DNA of 64,000 bases from assembly GCF_009914755.1 (NCBI RefSeq), contig NC_060941.1. One strand, 5' to 3'. This document shows positions 43,904-58,621 of the stretch, piece after piece. A model generated the notes under the pieces. It had not been told where the DNA came from. It did no database searches and saw nothing but the letters and a program-made list of their open reading frames with translations. How positions within the stretch are numbered: the first letter of the stretch is position 1; each line of letters begins with the position of its first letter. The stretch comes from the human T2T-CHM13v2.0 reference genome, Homo sapiens. The position numbers and the translations under genes are program-made.

Positions 43904-45524
43904 AGATAGTGATGACAAGAAAATGAGAGACTCCAGGAGATTCCATGCTTTCCTTATAAAAGGGTAGAGAAACATAGTGAAATGAAGGAGGGCTTTGTTT
44001 TCATTTTCTTACTAATAATTCTTTCTTTTACTGTGCTTTTAGTTTCTTATGGCCATTATGGGGAGGTAAGATAATACCACATGGAAGCACTTATTTTTCT
44101 ACTTATTATTTAAATCTTTCATTCTTTTCAAGAGGCTTGGCCAATTGTTCTGTAATTTGCCATAACTATTGGAATATGGTTAGGTGTCAGCAAGCAGGCG
44201 ATCTTAGTACGGATAACAAAAAATAGAACATGTTTCACAAGGAGTAAGGAAAAAAAAAACAAATAAAAAGGGCAAATAAGGGGAAGAATTAATGATGGAT
44301 TAGGAAAGGTGAAAGACATGAAGCATTGTCAAAAATATGTATCCTATAAACTTGGTTTAAATTGTGATTTGGTATTGATGCAATGGCTCATGACTCAGGT
44401 TTTCTTCCATAATGTCTCTTGTGCCCTAGACAGCCCTGTGTTCTGAAGCTTCCTTTATATTTTCCAGAATTCACAACCTAAAGAGAAATAACAATTGTGA
44501 CATTTGCATTTACTTAAGGCTTTGGAAAAACTCAAAGTGAAAATAAAAGTAACCTTCAAGAATTGTCTCCATGGAATAACTGTCTCAACTATTTTGGCCA
44601 AGACTGTCTTTAGGTCTTTATTTTCATGGCAGGAATAGCAATAGTTTCAAGCTTTGGAGGGTAAGGGAAGTTGGAAAGGTGGGAATATCAATTGAATCTT
44701 TCTACAAGAGAAAACATCTACATGAAGAAAACAGTAGTAAGTGTTGCAATTAGAAATTTGAGAAATTGTAAAGGTTGAAAGAACTTGAACTGCTAACAAT
44801 TAATAAAAGTATGTATTTTATCTACAGATATCATCTAGAATGAAAGGATGGGAAGGTGAGGTATTTAAATTATTGTAACCATCCATTGCACTTATTTATT
44901 AGTCAATGAGGTGAAAGGTGGGGGGAATGATAACATATATTTTCTTAATTTTTTGTGATTAAACAAATTCGAGGTGGTAGATTTGATAGGGCTGAAATTT
45001 ATTATATCACTGTCCCCCGCAGGTTTGAAACAATTTAGGACGCTACATAGAATTACACTTGAAAGTAAATTGCACTGTAGGCAAATCATGTTTCCAAGAA
45101 CATGACACATCTTACTGGCTAGAGTTAACCAGTCCTGAGAAACGGCAGGAACTCTTGCTCTCCAAATCCTATCTTGCAAGGCCGTAGAATTTGTCCACAG
45201 AAAATCATCACCAGTCATCACTGAGCATTTGTCACAGTAGGTTTTATTAAGTTCAGACAGATTCAATTATAATTAAATCAATCAACCTTTAATATATTGG
45301 CTAACAGACAGACTTCTAAGAAAACCAAGCTTCCCTAAAAAAAAGCAATTAGATATTATTTTCTTGATTCAACTTATGTGAGCATCTGAATAATTTACTT
45401 TTGTTTGTTTAATTCACAAATAGCTCAATTTATAAGTATTGGTGTGGGCTATAGGCTTAAGAAACATGTTTGTGTAAAGCTGCTGTCCCACGTAGCATTT
45501 ACCACCATACTATGTTTTTTATCT

Positions 45525-45979
45525 TGAGATGCTGAATATACAAATAAATACTGGCCAGACCATGTAAGACAAAATTGTCTCTGACCATAATCTCTGCAGG
45601 AACCAGCCCAGGAAGCCCAATCATAACCTTTGTAGCCATTTGGCCCAAAATGGTCAGAACTTGGTCAATGACTCTCAGCTTTCCTTATGCTTGCCTTCAC
45701 TTGTAACCTAGAACCAACCAGAGAAAGAAAATGTGCTCCTCAAACCATTTATAGAGGAAACCCGGCTTCCACATAGCCTACCTCCAGCTTCCTCAGCCAA
45801 CAGCTTTTGATCAGGACAAACGTGAAGCTTTTCTACTTTTTCTACTATAAAGATTTTCCACTCCTCTGCCTGCCTGTGAGTCTCTGGCAAACAAAAGTGA
45901 TCGTGCCTGTCTTCCTTGCAAGCTCTGGATAAATAATTTCTGCTTGTTCTGGTTCAGATGATCGTTGTTTATTTCCACA
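45525..45979 (+). mobile_element. MER54-like solo LTR
   Basis: TG...CA flanked by atct; aaccagcccaggaagcc...ggtcagaacttggtcaatgact; TATAAA box; subfamily tentative. Confidence 0.65.
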
Positions 45980-46132
45980 ATCTTTATTAGGATCTCTATA
46001 CAGAATCTTTTAAATGGCAAGATTAGCCCTGCCCAGATTTAGGAAATCATTTAGGGCCACTGGATATCAAATGTGGTACCAAAAAAAATGTTGCAACTGA
46101 TTCAAACTTGGGTAAAGATCCCTTTGATCTAG

Positions 46133-46483
<351 letters not shown>

Positions 46484-48179
46484 TACTCAATCCTTTTTCC
46501 AGTCCATTTCAGCAAAAGCCTCACTGCTTGTGAGTGTCCTGCATACAGTCTGATTTGGGTGGTTGTTTTCTTTGTGGAACTACTTAGAGGTCATATGACA
46601 TTTGCCTGTGCATAGTTCAAATTGGCTCTATTTTCTTAGGTCCATTTTGCCCTTATTCACTGAGAAATATGTGGTCTCTGATATAAGATTGTTTCCATTG
46701 AAATTCTGCCAATACCTTTTATTCATCTTGTAAGCATGGAAAAGTATTATGAACTTATTTAATTTTTAATTTGTTTATTTAAAAATTTTTATAGTAACAT
46801 TAGCACCTACCTTCTAAAGTTGTTTGAGAATTAAAGGATAATTTCTGTAAGACAATTACCAAAGTTCCAATATGTAATGCTTATTCAATAAATAATAACT
46901 ATCATTATTATTACACCATAATAGGTGCCTATATTTCTAAATTAACAATCTTTTGTACTATTGATGTGACAATATGTACATTAAGTGGGGTGAAGAATTA
47001 AGTCATTCTCTTCATAATCAGGTGATAACAACCTTCTCCTTTATTGAGAATCAAGCATCTCAGAGCGAGCGTGAATGGATATTAGAGTTTCTGCCTCAGT
47101 GTTCTCAACAGCTTCTACTGGTAAAGCAAGTTACAGCTAGTAACTTGGTCAGGGTTTTTGGATATAAACTTTATTGTTTAGAGTGTAGACCAACCTACAT
47201 TTAAAATGTGATACTTCAGAAGTTCAGAAAGGTACGTGACACAGCCAACTGAAGAGGTAACATGTCCTAACATATTAAATTTTCTCTATTCTCTTTTCAA
47301 CCCTATTACAATCAAAGAAATCTCCATGGTGAAATGCTCATTTTGCAGACACGATATTGTGTAAGTTTTATTTCATAATCACACAAAGGAAAAATTCCTG
47401 GGCATTTTATGTGCACTTTTGTTAATGTGATCACAGATACAGAGTTAGCTGTTCAACCCCAAACGAGACATGACCTCACTGGGAGGTTTGTTCGTTCACT
47501 GCATTACGGGGATCCATACAAAGGACATGTCAATGGCACGACCCATGCGCCCCTGTCTCCCCACTCTTGTCAGGATTTGTCCTGGGAAGTCTCTAGCAAA
47601 CATTTTTGGAGCAAATATTTTGTGAGAATGTCACTGTTTTTGTTAGAAAGGCCATTTAGGGGTCTAACTAGGAACCAAGAATGGAATGAGTTACCTTATT
47701 AAAAATTTTAAATCAAAAAGTGTTTATATTGTTTGGTGAGTTTCAGTAGAAATTAGAGGAGGAGGTCAGGAGCAGGAGGATGGAGAAATAAGAGCTCCAT
47801 CAGGAGCACCAGGAATGCTTTTTAAAAACATACATATTCTATTAGATTCTCAAGGAAATGTGACTAAGAACAGGCCCTCATCGCAGCCCCATATAGCATA
47901 GTTTTCAATTTTTCTACAGTGACTATTTCAAATATTTTCTGTTCTCTTCAAATCTCTACTCTTGTCTCCTTTACCCACTACCCCTATTTAACAGGGAAAA
48001 TAAAATCACAAACTTCTTGTCTACCATCCATAGACCTGATTGCATCTGTATCCACTCTTTCCTTGCAAAGAACCTCGACTCTTTCCCATCCTTCTACTCT
48101 GCTCCTTCACCTCCATTTTCTTCTCTTTCCTTCATTATGGATTTCTAATTATTGTTGATTCTGACTTCCAAGTCCCTCT

Positions 48180-48430
48180 TGAATCTGTTCCCTAGGTTAT
48201 GACCTCCTCCTCACTTGTCTGACCAATCTGTTCTCAACACTAGAGCCAGAATCTTAAATACAGATCTTCAGTGTTTTATCTTTATGCTAATCAGATTGTG
48301 TTAGTCTCCTGATCAAAGCTCTTTAATGCTTTCCTAGAATAATACAAATTCTTTAACATGAATTACCAGATGCTGCTTACCACTCCAGCTCTATCTCATA
48401 CTTCTCCCCATTTTAGATCCCAGGATGCAG
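48180..48430 (+). mobile_element. L2 fragment
   Basis: aatctgttctcaacactagagccaga...aatacaaattctttaacatg. Confidence 0.5.
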
Positions 48431-49221
48431 CCAAGTAATAATTTAAAAAAAATTTTCCTAGTAACTCTCATTCAGTGTGAACACAGTTTGTCTCAACGAG
48501 TTTGGTTCAGTATGAATAGAGTAAGGGTGTAAATTGCACCCTTGGGGAAATGTGACTCAACAAGTAACTACTGCAGAATGGATTCACTGGAGAACAAAAG
48601 CAAACATATTCGTGCTTTGAAGAATTTAGGAGTCAATCAAGTGTGGAAAAGGCTAAACATAAAAATAATTTTATTCATGAGTACAGTTCTAACTTGAATA
48701 TTCATAACATTTTATTAATTTATCATAAGGACTTAAATGCTGAGTTATAGGAAAACAATTTAAAAATTTAAGATAAATCATTTTTGCCATATGCCTCTTA
48801 ACAAGACAGCAGTTGAAATCTTCTTTCTTTTCCCTTTGATTAAAAAAAAAAAAAACCTTTATGGCCTAGTGGCATATAATAATTGTATTACGTGTGTGTG
48901 TGCATATAGATATTATTAAATTATAATGTACACTGATATACGGGCTTTCCCCAATTTTATTTCTAGCACTGTCATCGAAGATTAATTTTTTTCTGACTCA
49001 AATATTAGAAGCTAGAAGCTTTTTCTATGACTTTATGTATTTCCTCCACTCATAGTAGCTTTGAAGTTGAATTTTCAGTGGAATGGAACCTTTGAAGTAG
49101 AATTTTGAACAGAATCTGGACTGATATGGGGCTGGTCAAACGGCACCTCAATAATTATGAATTAAAATATATAACATTTTTTAAAGACATTCAAAGAACA
49201 ACCAGGTGTTGAGCAAATTCT

Positions 49222-49416
49222 AAGTGCCTGAGCCAGCTCCCACTAGCTCACAAGAGCTAACTGTTTACACCTCTTATCAAATCCACATTCTGAAGCCTCA
49301 TATCAGTGACCTGACATCAGCCATGCGTGGAGTATTTACACCACAGAAATGGGAAACTCTACAAATCAGTCCTTTGATTTCCTCCAGAGAGGCAGTTAAA
49401 ATGCACCAGCACTCTG
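49222..49416 (+). mobile_element. MER63A-like (hAT-Blackjack)
   Basis: gagccagctc...ggagtatttacaccacagaaatgggaaactctacaaatcag...accagcac. Confidence 0.75.
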
Positions 49417-50849
49417 CTTCCTATGAATAAGTTGACCATATATCACAGCAGTATTGATTGATGCCAGTTGTACTTCTGACCCATGATTTTCACTTTTGTC
49501 CCCACCCTTTTCTCTGTCAAAAGTGACAGATTCAACAATCACTATAGATATCAAGGAAAATAATATAATGGAGATTTTTCACTGCAAGAAATGAAGACTG
49601 GGTTAGAAGGTAAAGAAGCAACTACAAAATGTTTATCTTTATGTGAAGAACAGGCTCCTGGAAGTAGTACGAGACTTGTTTTGCAGAGCTTCAGGGGACA
49701 GCATGAGGACAGGAAGATCTTGTGAAAGCTATAGGGAGACACATTTTTATCTGAGTTTAAGGAAGGACTTCCTCATGGGTAATGTCGAGTCATCATAAAA
49801 TAGGAATAGAATGCATTTAGGGGTGAATGAGGTCTTAGTCCACGAAAACAGTCAAGTAGAGACGGACAGCCATCTTGAGGGGTGTTGTGGAGGAGCTGGG
49901 GCAATAAATGCTTGGGTGTTAATGCCTTTCTCATGATTCATATTGTGGGTTGAATCTTTCTCATGGCATTTCTTCACTCAGTCATTTTGGCAATCCTCAG
50001 AGGGTCTTTGCCTGGTGCTATGTGTGTTTGGGAGTAGATACAAGGAGAAGAAAAAAATAATTCGCTCAAATTCACACAAAAAAGTGACCCAAACCAAAAT
50101 CCTTATTAAGCCTCACTGTTAAGTTTTAAAATGATATGATGATCACTAATTTGAGAGGAACTACATGTTAGCCAACCCATCACTGATTTATTTGTGATTT
50201 CAGATTTTGAAATCTATTAGGATAATCAATTTCACTTCAGCACGGTTTGGTCAAAGAAAGGAAAATACATCAGAGGGATTCAAATAACTTTAGAATCATA
50301 AGTAGTGTGAGAGATCTACAGGAGGAAAGTCCGTTTAGCAGTGAGAACTTCAGACACTTCCTCTATATCCTATGGTAACCAGGCAGTTAGAATAACAGGA
50401 AGCCCTCAGGCCGGCAAAAATGGCACCTGTGAAGTTTGTTTGGGTCTATCTGAAGGCAGGATTTCAGCAGGGGCTGAGGCTGTACAGAACAACTTAAAAT
50501 TTTCAGTTGGATAAGAAAAATCGGTAAAACTTAAAAATTGTATTCATTTCCTAATGCCTACGTGGTATTACATATAAGTCAGACAATTGTTTTCTCTATT
50601 TCAAATTACTGGATTAGTTTGATTATTATACGGACTATCAGAAGAATAGTGGTACAGCTTTTCTCCAAGATCAACGCCTTTCATTTGTGGATCTTCCATC
50701 TTACCTGATACTTCTCTGCCCGTGTCTTCAGTACTGGAATTTACTCCAGTACTTCTTATTTTCTGTTTGTCTTTTCACCACCCGAAAAACATTACTCTCA
50801 CTCACCAAACTATGTACACCTCTCTTTATATTCTCCCAATCAGACTTAA

Positions 50850-51050
50850 CAAACACTTAGATGACATTTATTTTTGCCTGGTACTGTTTTAAGTGCTTTA
50901 CAAATATGAATTCATTTACTTCTGCTAAGAGCTAATATATTTCTATTATCTTCCTTTTACAGAATGGGGGATTGAGGCACAGAGTGTTAAAATAGTGAGA
51001 CACAGGATTCTAACTGGCAGACTGGCACTTTATCTCAATTCTTAACTGCT
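50850..51050 (-). mobile_element. MIR
   Basis: taagtgctttaca...ttttacagaatggggattgaggcacagag. Confidence 0.7.
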
Positions 51051-51407
51051 GTGTTGCCTCTCACTTTAAAGGTAAGAAATTAAACCAATTTTAACATGAT
51101 TCTCCGAAAAACCAATACTTGCACTCCTTCCTCCATGAAAATGTGCTTTATCCCTACGCATTTTTCCAGAAGTCCAGCTTTCTACTTATACGTTTATATT
51201 TTCATAAACTTTGCTACAGAGCAAATTCGGTGTTACAAACATTGCTTCCTTTTGTTCACATTTTACACGTTTACTGCCTCCTTAAATCATTCACCTTCAC
51301 TGTATTTTAGGAAAGAAATGCTATTTATATATTTTGTGAATCCATAGTCTATTATACATTCTGCTAACTAAGAATAAAACTTGTCTACTTGGTTATTTGA
51401 GTCTAGA

Positions 51408-51620
51408 GAATGATTTTCAACCTGGAGTGACTTTGCTCACCAAGGGACATCTGGCAATGTCTGGTCACATTTTTGGATGTCTCTACTGGGGTTTGGGGTC
51501 ATACTGGCATCTAGTGGGAAGAGTTTAGGGATGCTGTTAAACTAAATGCCATAACCACAGGTCATCTTCCCACAACAAAGAATTTTCTGGCCCTAAATAT
51601 TGAGGTTGAGAAACCCAGAT
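51408..51620 (+). mobile_element. MER20 (hAT-Charlie)
   Basis: gggacatctggcaatgtctgg...tactggcatctagtggg...acaacaaagaatt...gaggttgagaaaccc. Confidence 0.85.
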
Positions 51621-51838
51621 CTAGGATATTCTGTGCATTTAAAATGATTCCGTTCAGAACAATTTAGGTACTTTCTCAATAGTACTGCAAAAGCTATATG
51701 AAAACTATATGTATATAAAAATTATATCTATCTGTCTCTAGCTACATTAACATATCAATCTGCTAGGTTAAGTAGACTCAATTTAACCATCTGGTGTTTC
51801 ATGTTTGCTTTTGATTTGTAAAAGACTCAGACCTATAA

Positions 51839-52102
<264 letters not shown>

Positions 52103-52373
52103 TAAGCATTCACTGTACACCAAGCAATGTTCTTAGTGAACAAGTAATTTAGAATTAGATTACAATTAAATTGTGGATTTTAGGACATTTTAGTTAACGT
52201 TTACTGAAAAGTATTATCACAGAATTTATATTTTCTATAGTTTATGTTGTTTTATATGATTATAAAAGCAATGATTTAAGAATTAAGTGAAGTATTTTAC
52301 ATGATGTGGAAAAAATGAGAGAAAAAGATGGAAAAGAGTTGATTGAATTATTCATTTTCACCTGATTAGTTGA

Positions 52374-52823
<450 letters not shown>

Positions 52824-52989
52824 ACAAGTAGTTATTTTTAATAGCAATGACACACAAGAGTAATTGCAGGACATTTACTTAACTAAAAAAATCAGTTGGC
52901 AAAATCTTATGTGAAAAATTAAAACAAAACAAATAACCATTTCCCTGAAAAATTAACCCCACTTGGACCTCCACATCCTTTCCCATCCA

Positions 52990-53594
52990 TCACCACATTT
53001 TTCTACCCCATTTGACAGCGGAACTCTCTGTAGGCTTTCTGCATGCTTTCAACACTTCCTGTCACCGTTTTTACTCGTCCCTAGTCAAATCAGGCATTTA
53101 TCTCCAAAACTCTGTTGTGACATCTTTCATCAAGGTCACCAGTGACATCACACTGCTAAATCCAATGGTCAATTCTTGTCCTTATCCTGACTGATTGTTA
53201 GTATCTAACACACATGATCACTGACTTTTTCTTTTTCCTTTCCTTTTTTTTGAGACAGGGTCTCACTCTGCCGCTCTGGCTGGAGGGCAGTGGCATAACC
53301 AGGGCTCACTGTAGCCTTGACCTCCTGGGCTCAAGTGATCCTGCCACCTTAGGCACTCAAGTAGCTGGGACTACATGTGTGCACCATCATCCAGCTTATG
53401 TATATTATATATATATATTTAATATATATATTTATATGTGTATATAATATATATAATTTATTTAATATATATTTATGTGTATATAAATATATATGTGTAT
53501 ATATATTTTTGTGTATATATATGTGTATTATATATTTATGTGTATATATATATTTATGTGTATATGTGTATATAATATGCATATATGTGTGATA

Positions 53595-53648
<54 letters not shown>

Positions 53649-54220
53649 TATCACACATATATATATATTTTTTTGTCAAGACAGCGTCTCACTATTTTGC
53701 CCAGGCTGGTCACGAACTCCTGGGCTCAAGCAATCCTCTCGCCTTAGTCTCCCAAAGTGCTAGGATTACAGGGGTGAGACACTATGCCCGATCACACTGC
53801 CTTTTGCTTGTAACACTTTCTTTACTTCGTATCACATGTCACAATTTTTCCTCCTACTTCAAGCAATTCTTTTTCTCAGTCTTCTTAGTTATAGCCTCCT
53901 CATTTTCCCAGACTTAAATTAGGCTGTCCCAGGCCTTCGTCATTGGAATCCTTCTCCTTTCTAACTACTCTGACTCTTGTATTGTTTCATCCATGTTCAT
54001 GGTTGCAATTACTCTATGTACACTGATAACTTCCAATCTTATATTTCCATTCTGAAATTCTCCCCTGAGCTCCAGACTAATATATTGTCTCCTTGACATG
54101 TTCATTTGGCTGTCAGAAAGCATATCAAATTTTGCACAATAAAACACCAATTATTGATTTCCTCACTCCAAAACTCCTTTTCTACCAGCTCCATTATCTG
54201 AGTAAACAGCACAAGTATTT
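52990..54220 (+). mobile_element. L2a ORF2 remnant interrupted by AluJ
   Basis: caaggtcaccagtgac...tgctaaatccaatggtcaattc and ctcccctgagctccagact. Confidence 0.78.
53226..53790 (-). mobile_element. AluJ with linker expanded into a ~270-bp TA/TG/CA microsatellite (53399-53672)
   Basis: Right arm 53226-53398 and left arm 53673-53790 flank the low-complexity block. Confidence 0.9.
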
Positions 54221-54248
54221 ACTGTGCTATTTATTGGGTAATGGTTCA

Positions 54249-54592
54249 TTTTTATTTTATTATCTTTTTTTTTTTTTTTTTGAGACAGGATTTCATTCTG
54301 TCACCTGGGCTGGAGTTCAGTGGTGTCATCCTAGCAAACTTGCAGCCTCGATCTCCTGGGTTCAAGTGATCCTCCCACCTCAGCATCCCAGGCGATCCTC
54401 CTACCTCAGCATCCCAGATAGCTGGGACTACAGGCACATGCTACTGTGCCCAGCTAATTTATTTTTTATTTTTAGTAGAGATGAGGTTTCACTACATTGC
54501 CCAGGTTGGTCTTAAACTTCTGAGCTGAAACCATCCTCCTGCCTCAGCCCCTCAAAGTGCTGGAATTACAGGAATGAGCCACTGCACCTGGC
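54249..54592 (-). mobile_element. AluJ with internal 26-bp tandem duplication
   Basis: AluJ diagnostics; TSD gtaatg(g/c)ttc. Confidence 0.9.
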
Positions 54593-56340
54593 AAGTAATG
54601 CTTCTTTACAAGAAACTTGCTCCCTCTCTAATCTGAAATTTAGAGGAAGCAAATGAACAAACAGCAAAACAAGACCAGCATGTTGAAAGAACATCTAAAC
54701 TTTGTCCTTGGAGTCACTACTGAGGTGGCTGATAGTCTTTCTGGGGGCATACGCTTCCTTGAAACCCAAATGAAATGATGTTGGGCAAGATGCTGTTTGC
54801 CATAGGTATAGGGTTACATAGTCAGACAAAGTGTGCATTTGCATAGAAAAATCTTTGCTGTCACAATCACAGAGCACCTACACTTAAGAAGAACACACTT
54901 GGAAGAGGTTGTACAAGACCTAGAGGTGTCAGTAAGAGAAAATGCAGCCTTCCAGGACAATAAGAAATTTAGGGGTAATGTGTGGCCACTTTTGTGATAT
55001 GGAAAGATTTTTATTATTATATAAGCTTCCAGAGGTTTGATCAGAAAACAAAGATGTAAATAGGCATGGAAGAAGGCTATTCTTGGTTCTTGTTTTCTGT
55101 CCGCCACCATTGGCAAGACTATCTACTATGCGTAGGCATGGGAACCAGTTAAAGAAAGTGTCGATTCACTAGAGCGAAGCTGAGAACTCAGTGGCCTTTG
55201 TCTGTGGTGAATGTATCCGGAAAGGCAAAGAAGAGAGAGATTCTCCTGTGGGGTTTCTCATCTCCATGGCGGTAGGTGCTGACAGCTTCAGAAGGGTATA
55301 ACAGGGCCAAGAGAAAAGGGCCCTGAGATGCTCAGCTACGGTGCTCTTACAAGATGAAAAGGACATGGGGTTCAGATCTGCACTTCATCATCTTTCACTA
55401 AGGTAAGATCGTGTTGTGGATTAAAAGTGTTCCAAGCTTGAACTAATTGCTTGTCGGCTCTTTTAAGCTCATCCTTTTTGCATGTATCCCCGCTAATATG
55501 CATCTTTATGATGCTTTTTTTGGCTCAGCAGTCATGCTTTATGGAGGCATGCTCTATGGCTGGGAATAGGTTTTCTTTCTCTCATATATCTCTGGGGAAT
55601 GCTGAGCCAAACAGATTAAAAATGTCAGTGCCATTTGCAGATCCATTAAGGGAAGTAACATTCAGAGACAGAGGGAGACTAAAAGGATGATGACTTAGCC
55701 AGCTGACATAACTTACTGACGTGGAGCAACGTGGAAGAGGTGAATCTTTCATTTCCTGTGGAAAACAGTCATTCATAAAACCATCTTTTTTGTATGTCTT
55801 TGTCACTCTTCCACTGTTGCAAAGTGACAGCAAAGTAGCATCGCAAATTTGAAACTGTGTAATAAAATACGTTGACATCAATTTGGAATTACATCTTCAC
55901 AACTAAAAATATAGACAGAAATGCCGTAAAGACTCTTTAGAAAAACAACTGCTAAAAGGTAACTTCAATAAATAATAAGCCCTTCAAGCATTGAAATCTG
56001 ACTAAGTATAAAAGCACGGGGCTTTCGAACTTTTAATGTTTTTCTTCTGCTCATTGCTTTCTTTCAATTTGTAATCTGGACTGTTGCTATGGAGTAAATA
56101 ACACCTACTACATTCCATGCCTTCAGGTTTCCATTTCACTAGAAGAAGTGGCACAAGTTGAAGGAAGGCAGCTTATCCATGTGAAAATTCTAAGACAGTA
56201 TAGATGCCTGGCCATGGGTTTAGCCATAAATGACTTACTTATGAAACATGTTAAGCTTTTCTGTTTAAAATCCCTCCCCTGCCTTTTAAAAAATTTCCCA
56301 TGAATCTTGAAATAATCCTGAGAATTCAGATGGAGTGCGG

Positions 56341-56569
56341 GTATTTTTTCTAATTGTTGCTCAGAAAATCCTTGATCCAGTCTGAGTGTTTTGTTATCAT
56401 TGAGCCATATGCAGAATTACAAAATGAAAATGAAAACAGGTCAGCTAAAATTAAGAAGTCAATGCAAGGAGTAAAGGCACAGATAATACCAAAACATGAG
56501 TCAGGATGATCTGTCTTGTTGGCCTGACAAATATGGCTCAAAATTATTTTTTTTAAAAAAGATTAGAAG
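56341..56569 (+). repeat. Local duplication module A, copy 1 (copy 2 at 57805-58032)
   Basis: ~228 bp direct repeat, about 90% identical by eye. Confidence 0.95.
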
Positions 56570-57028
56570 TTCTGAAAGTCTACAATCTGCAAGGTAGAGA
56601 CCAAATTGGCTACGCATTGGCAGTGTGACCTTCCCCCAAATTACTAAGCTTCTCTCTGCCTCCTTTTCAAAAGCCTTTACTAGTATCTATATCTTAGATA
56701 TTATTTAATTTCATTTGATAATTGTGTACCTGACACACAAGGAGCACAGAGTAAATGGAGACAATTATTGTTAGCTCCATTTTAGAGAGGAGAGAAACTG
56801 AGAGAGAGAGTGATAGGGGGTTAATAGCTAAGCTCTCAGTAATATACCAAGTGGTGCAATTCCAAAGATACATGTTTTGCTCTCAAGTTAAGAAAACACA
56901 AGCCAATTGCAATTTTGTGATGAGGAAGATGGGATACAGTTGCAATATCAAAGCTGCCTCTGACAACTAATACCAGCCCTGACCTGCTTCTGCCATGGTT
57001 TTCTGACCTGCAATATTTAATCTTCAGC

Positions 57029-57331
57029 TTTCAGACATCCACATTCCACCCTGGACCTTGCCTGTCTGGTAAGCCCAATCTCTGCAGGTCAGCCATGCAG
57101 CTGAGGTGAGGGAAGGTATGTTGGGATGGGCTGGCATGAGGAGTCATGGGGGTCGAGAAGAAAGTTATGGCAAGAGACATTCTTTTGTGCGTGCATAGTT
57201 TAACAGAGACGAATAATGTTCATTTTGATCTTTATTAAGAGGTGGCCTCTTAATAGGCCACCCCCTTAATAGGCCTCAGAATATCTGCTTTAAAGTGGCT
57301 TTTTCCTGATGGTTTCTTCTACCATTGTTAC
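57029..57331 (+). repeat. Local duplication module B, copy 1 (copy 2 at 58622-58898)
   Basis: ~280-300 bp direct repeat, about 85% identical outside one non-homologous patch. Confidence 0.95.
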
Positions 57332-57804
57332 AGTAGCTGCCTCAAATCAGCCAAAGCAGAAGTTCCTATTTTGCTTGAGAGCTTAGGCTTCAGGCAAAAA
57401 CTACTGACATTTATGAGATACCTAGTATTTTACAATGCTATCTGGTTAAATTCTTATAATTGTCCTTTTAAAAAGACAGAGAACACAGAGGTAAAATAAC
57501 TGCTCTGAGTTCACATAGGCAAATGTTGGAGATGAGATTCAAACAGAAACTAGACTGACTCAAAAATCAAATCTAAGTGATGAAAGTAAAGGTACTGTTT
57601 TGTTTGCATCACTTAATAATTCATCTGGAATCACAAGTCATGATAAGAACCTAATAAGCCATATCATCAAAACCTGAGCTTGGGTCACCTTCAAGATGCA
57701 ACACACCCAACATCACAGTAGATTCAGGGGCACCCTGAAACACAAGAGTAAGAAACAGAAACATCTATCCTTAGAGACTACCCTTGTAGCCATTCTGCTG
57801 AGTT

Positions 57805-58032
57805 GTATTTTTTTTTCATTGTTGCTTAGAAGATCCTTGATCCAGTCTGAGTGTTTTGTTTTCTTTGAGCCCTATGCAGAATTACAGAATGAAAATGAAA
57901 ACAGGTCAGCTAAAATTAAGAAGTCAATGCAATGAGCAAAGGCACAGACAGTACCAAAACATGGGTCAGGATGATCTGTCCTGTTGGCATGACAAATATG
58001 GCTCACAATTTTTTTAAAAAAAAAATTAGAAG
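57805..58032 (+). repeat. Module A, copy 2
   Basis: Shares tccttgatccagtctgagtgttttgtt...aacaggtcagctaaaattaagaagtcaatgcaa with 56341-56569. Confidence 0.95.
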
Positions 58033-58621
58033 ACTCAAGTCTTTTGACTTTACTGAGAAGATGAAGTCTGACACTGTTTATTTCCAATCTTCTTGGAAAG
58101 ACTTTCACCACTGTTTATCTCATAAAATTGGAGTGCTATTTACCAGTTAATAAGAAAATGGCATAACATAAAACCTTTAAATACTAATGTTAAAAGAGAA
58201 CTTCAGAGTTTTCTAGTTCAACCACCTAGCAAACTCATGAAGCTCTTCCTTAAATTCTTCAAGTTGATTATCCAAATTCAGAGTTAACACTCAGTAGATT
58301 GCTTCTGTTGTAAGGTACTAACAATAAAAACATTCTTCATGATACAGACATTAAATCTACATCCCTGTAAAATTCATAAGCAGATTCTAGCCCCGCCCTT
58401 TGTAGCACCATAGAGCAGGGCCCCTGTCTCTACTGCATGAATACAGAGTATTCGTAACTGCATTCAAGGGTGTGAACCAATTGCAGCCAGGGCCATGTTT
58501 TGACTATCTCAGCATACCTAGATCACAGTACAGGGAACATAGCTGGTGTTCAATAAAAGCTTTGAATATGCGAGTATATATCACCTTTAATAGTTTCTTC
58601 TCTGTTTTTTCTTTTTCCTGA

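Noticed and set aside
50730-50753. 9-bp hairpin agtactgga/tccagtact
   Set aside because: Isolated stems of this size are expected by chance in 64 kb
56350-58111. Paralogous ORFs SHICQANKTDHPD / SHICHANRTDHPD as a small gene family
   Set aside because: The similarity comes from the module A DNA duplication; starts and lengths differ and there is no codon-level evidence
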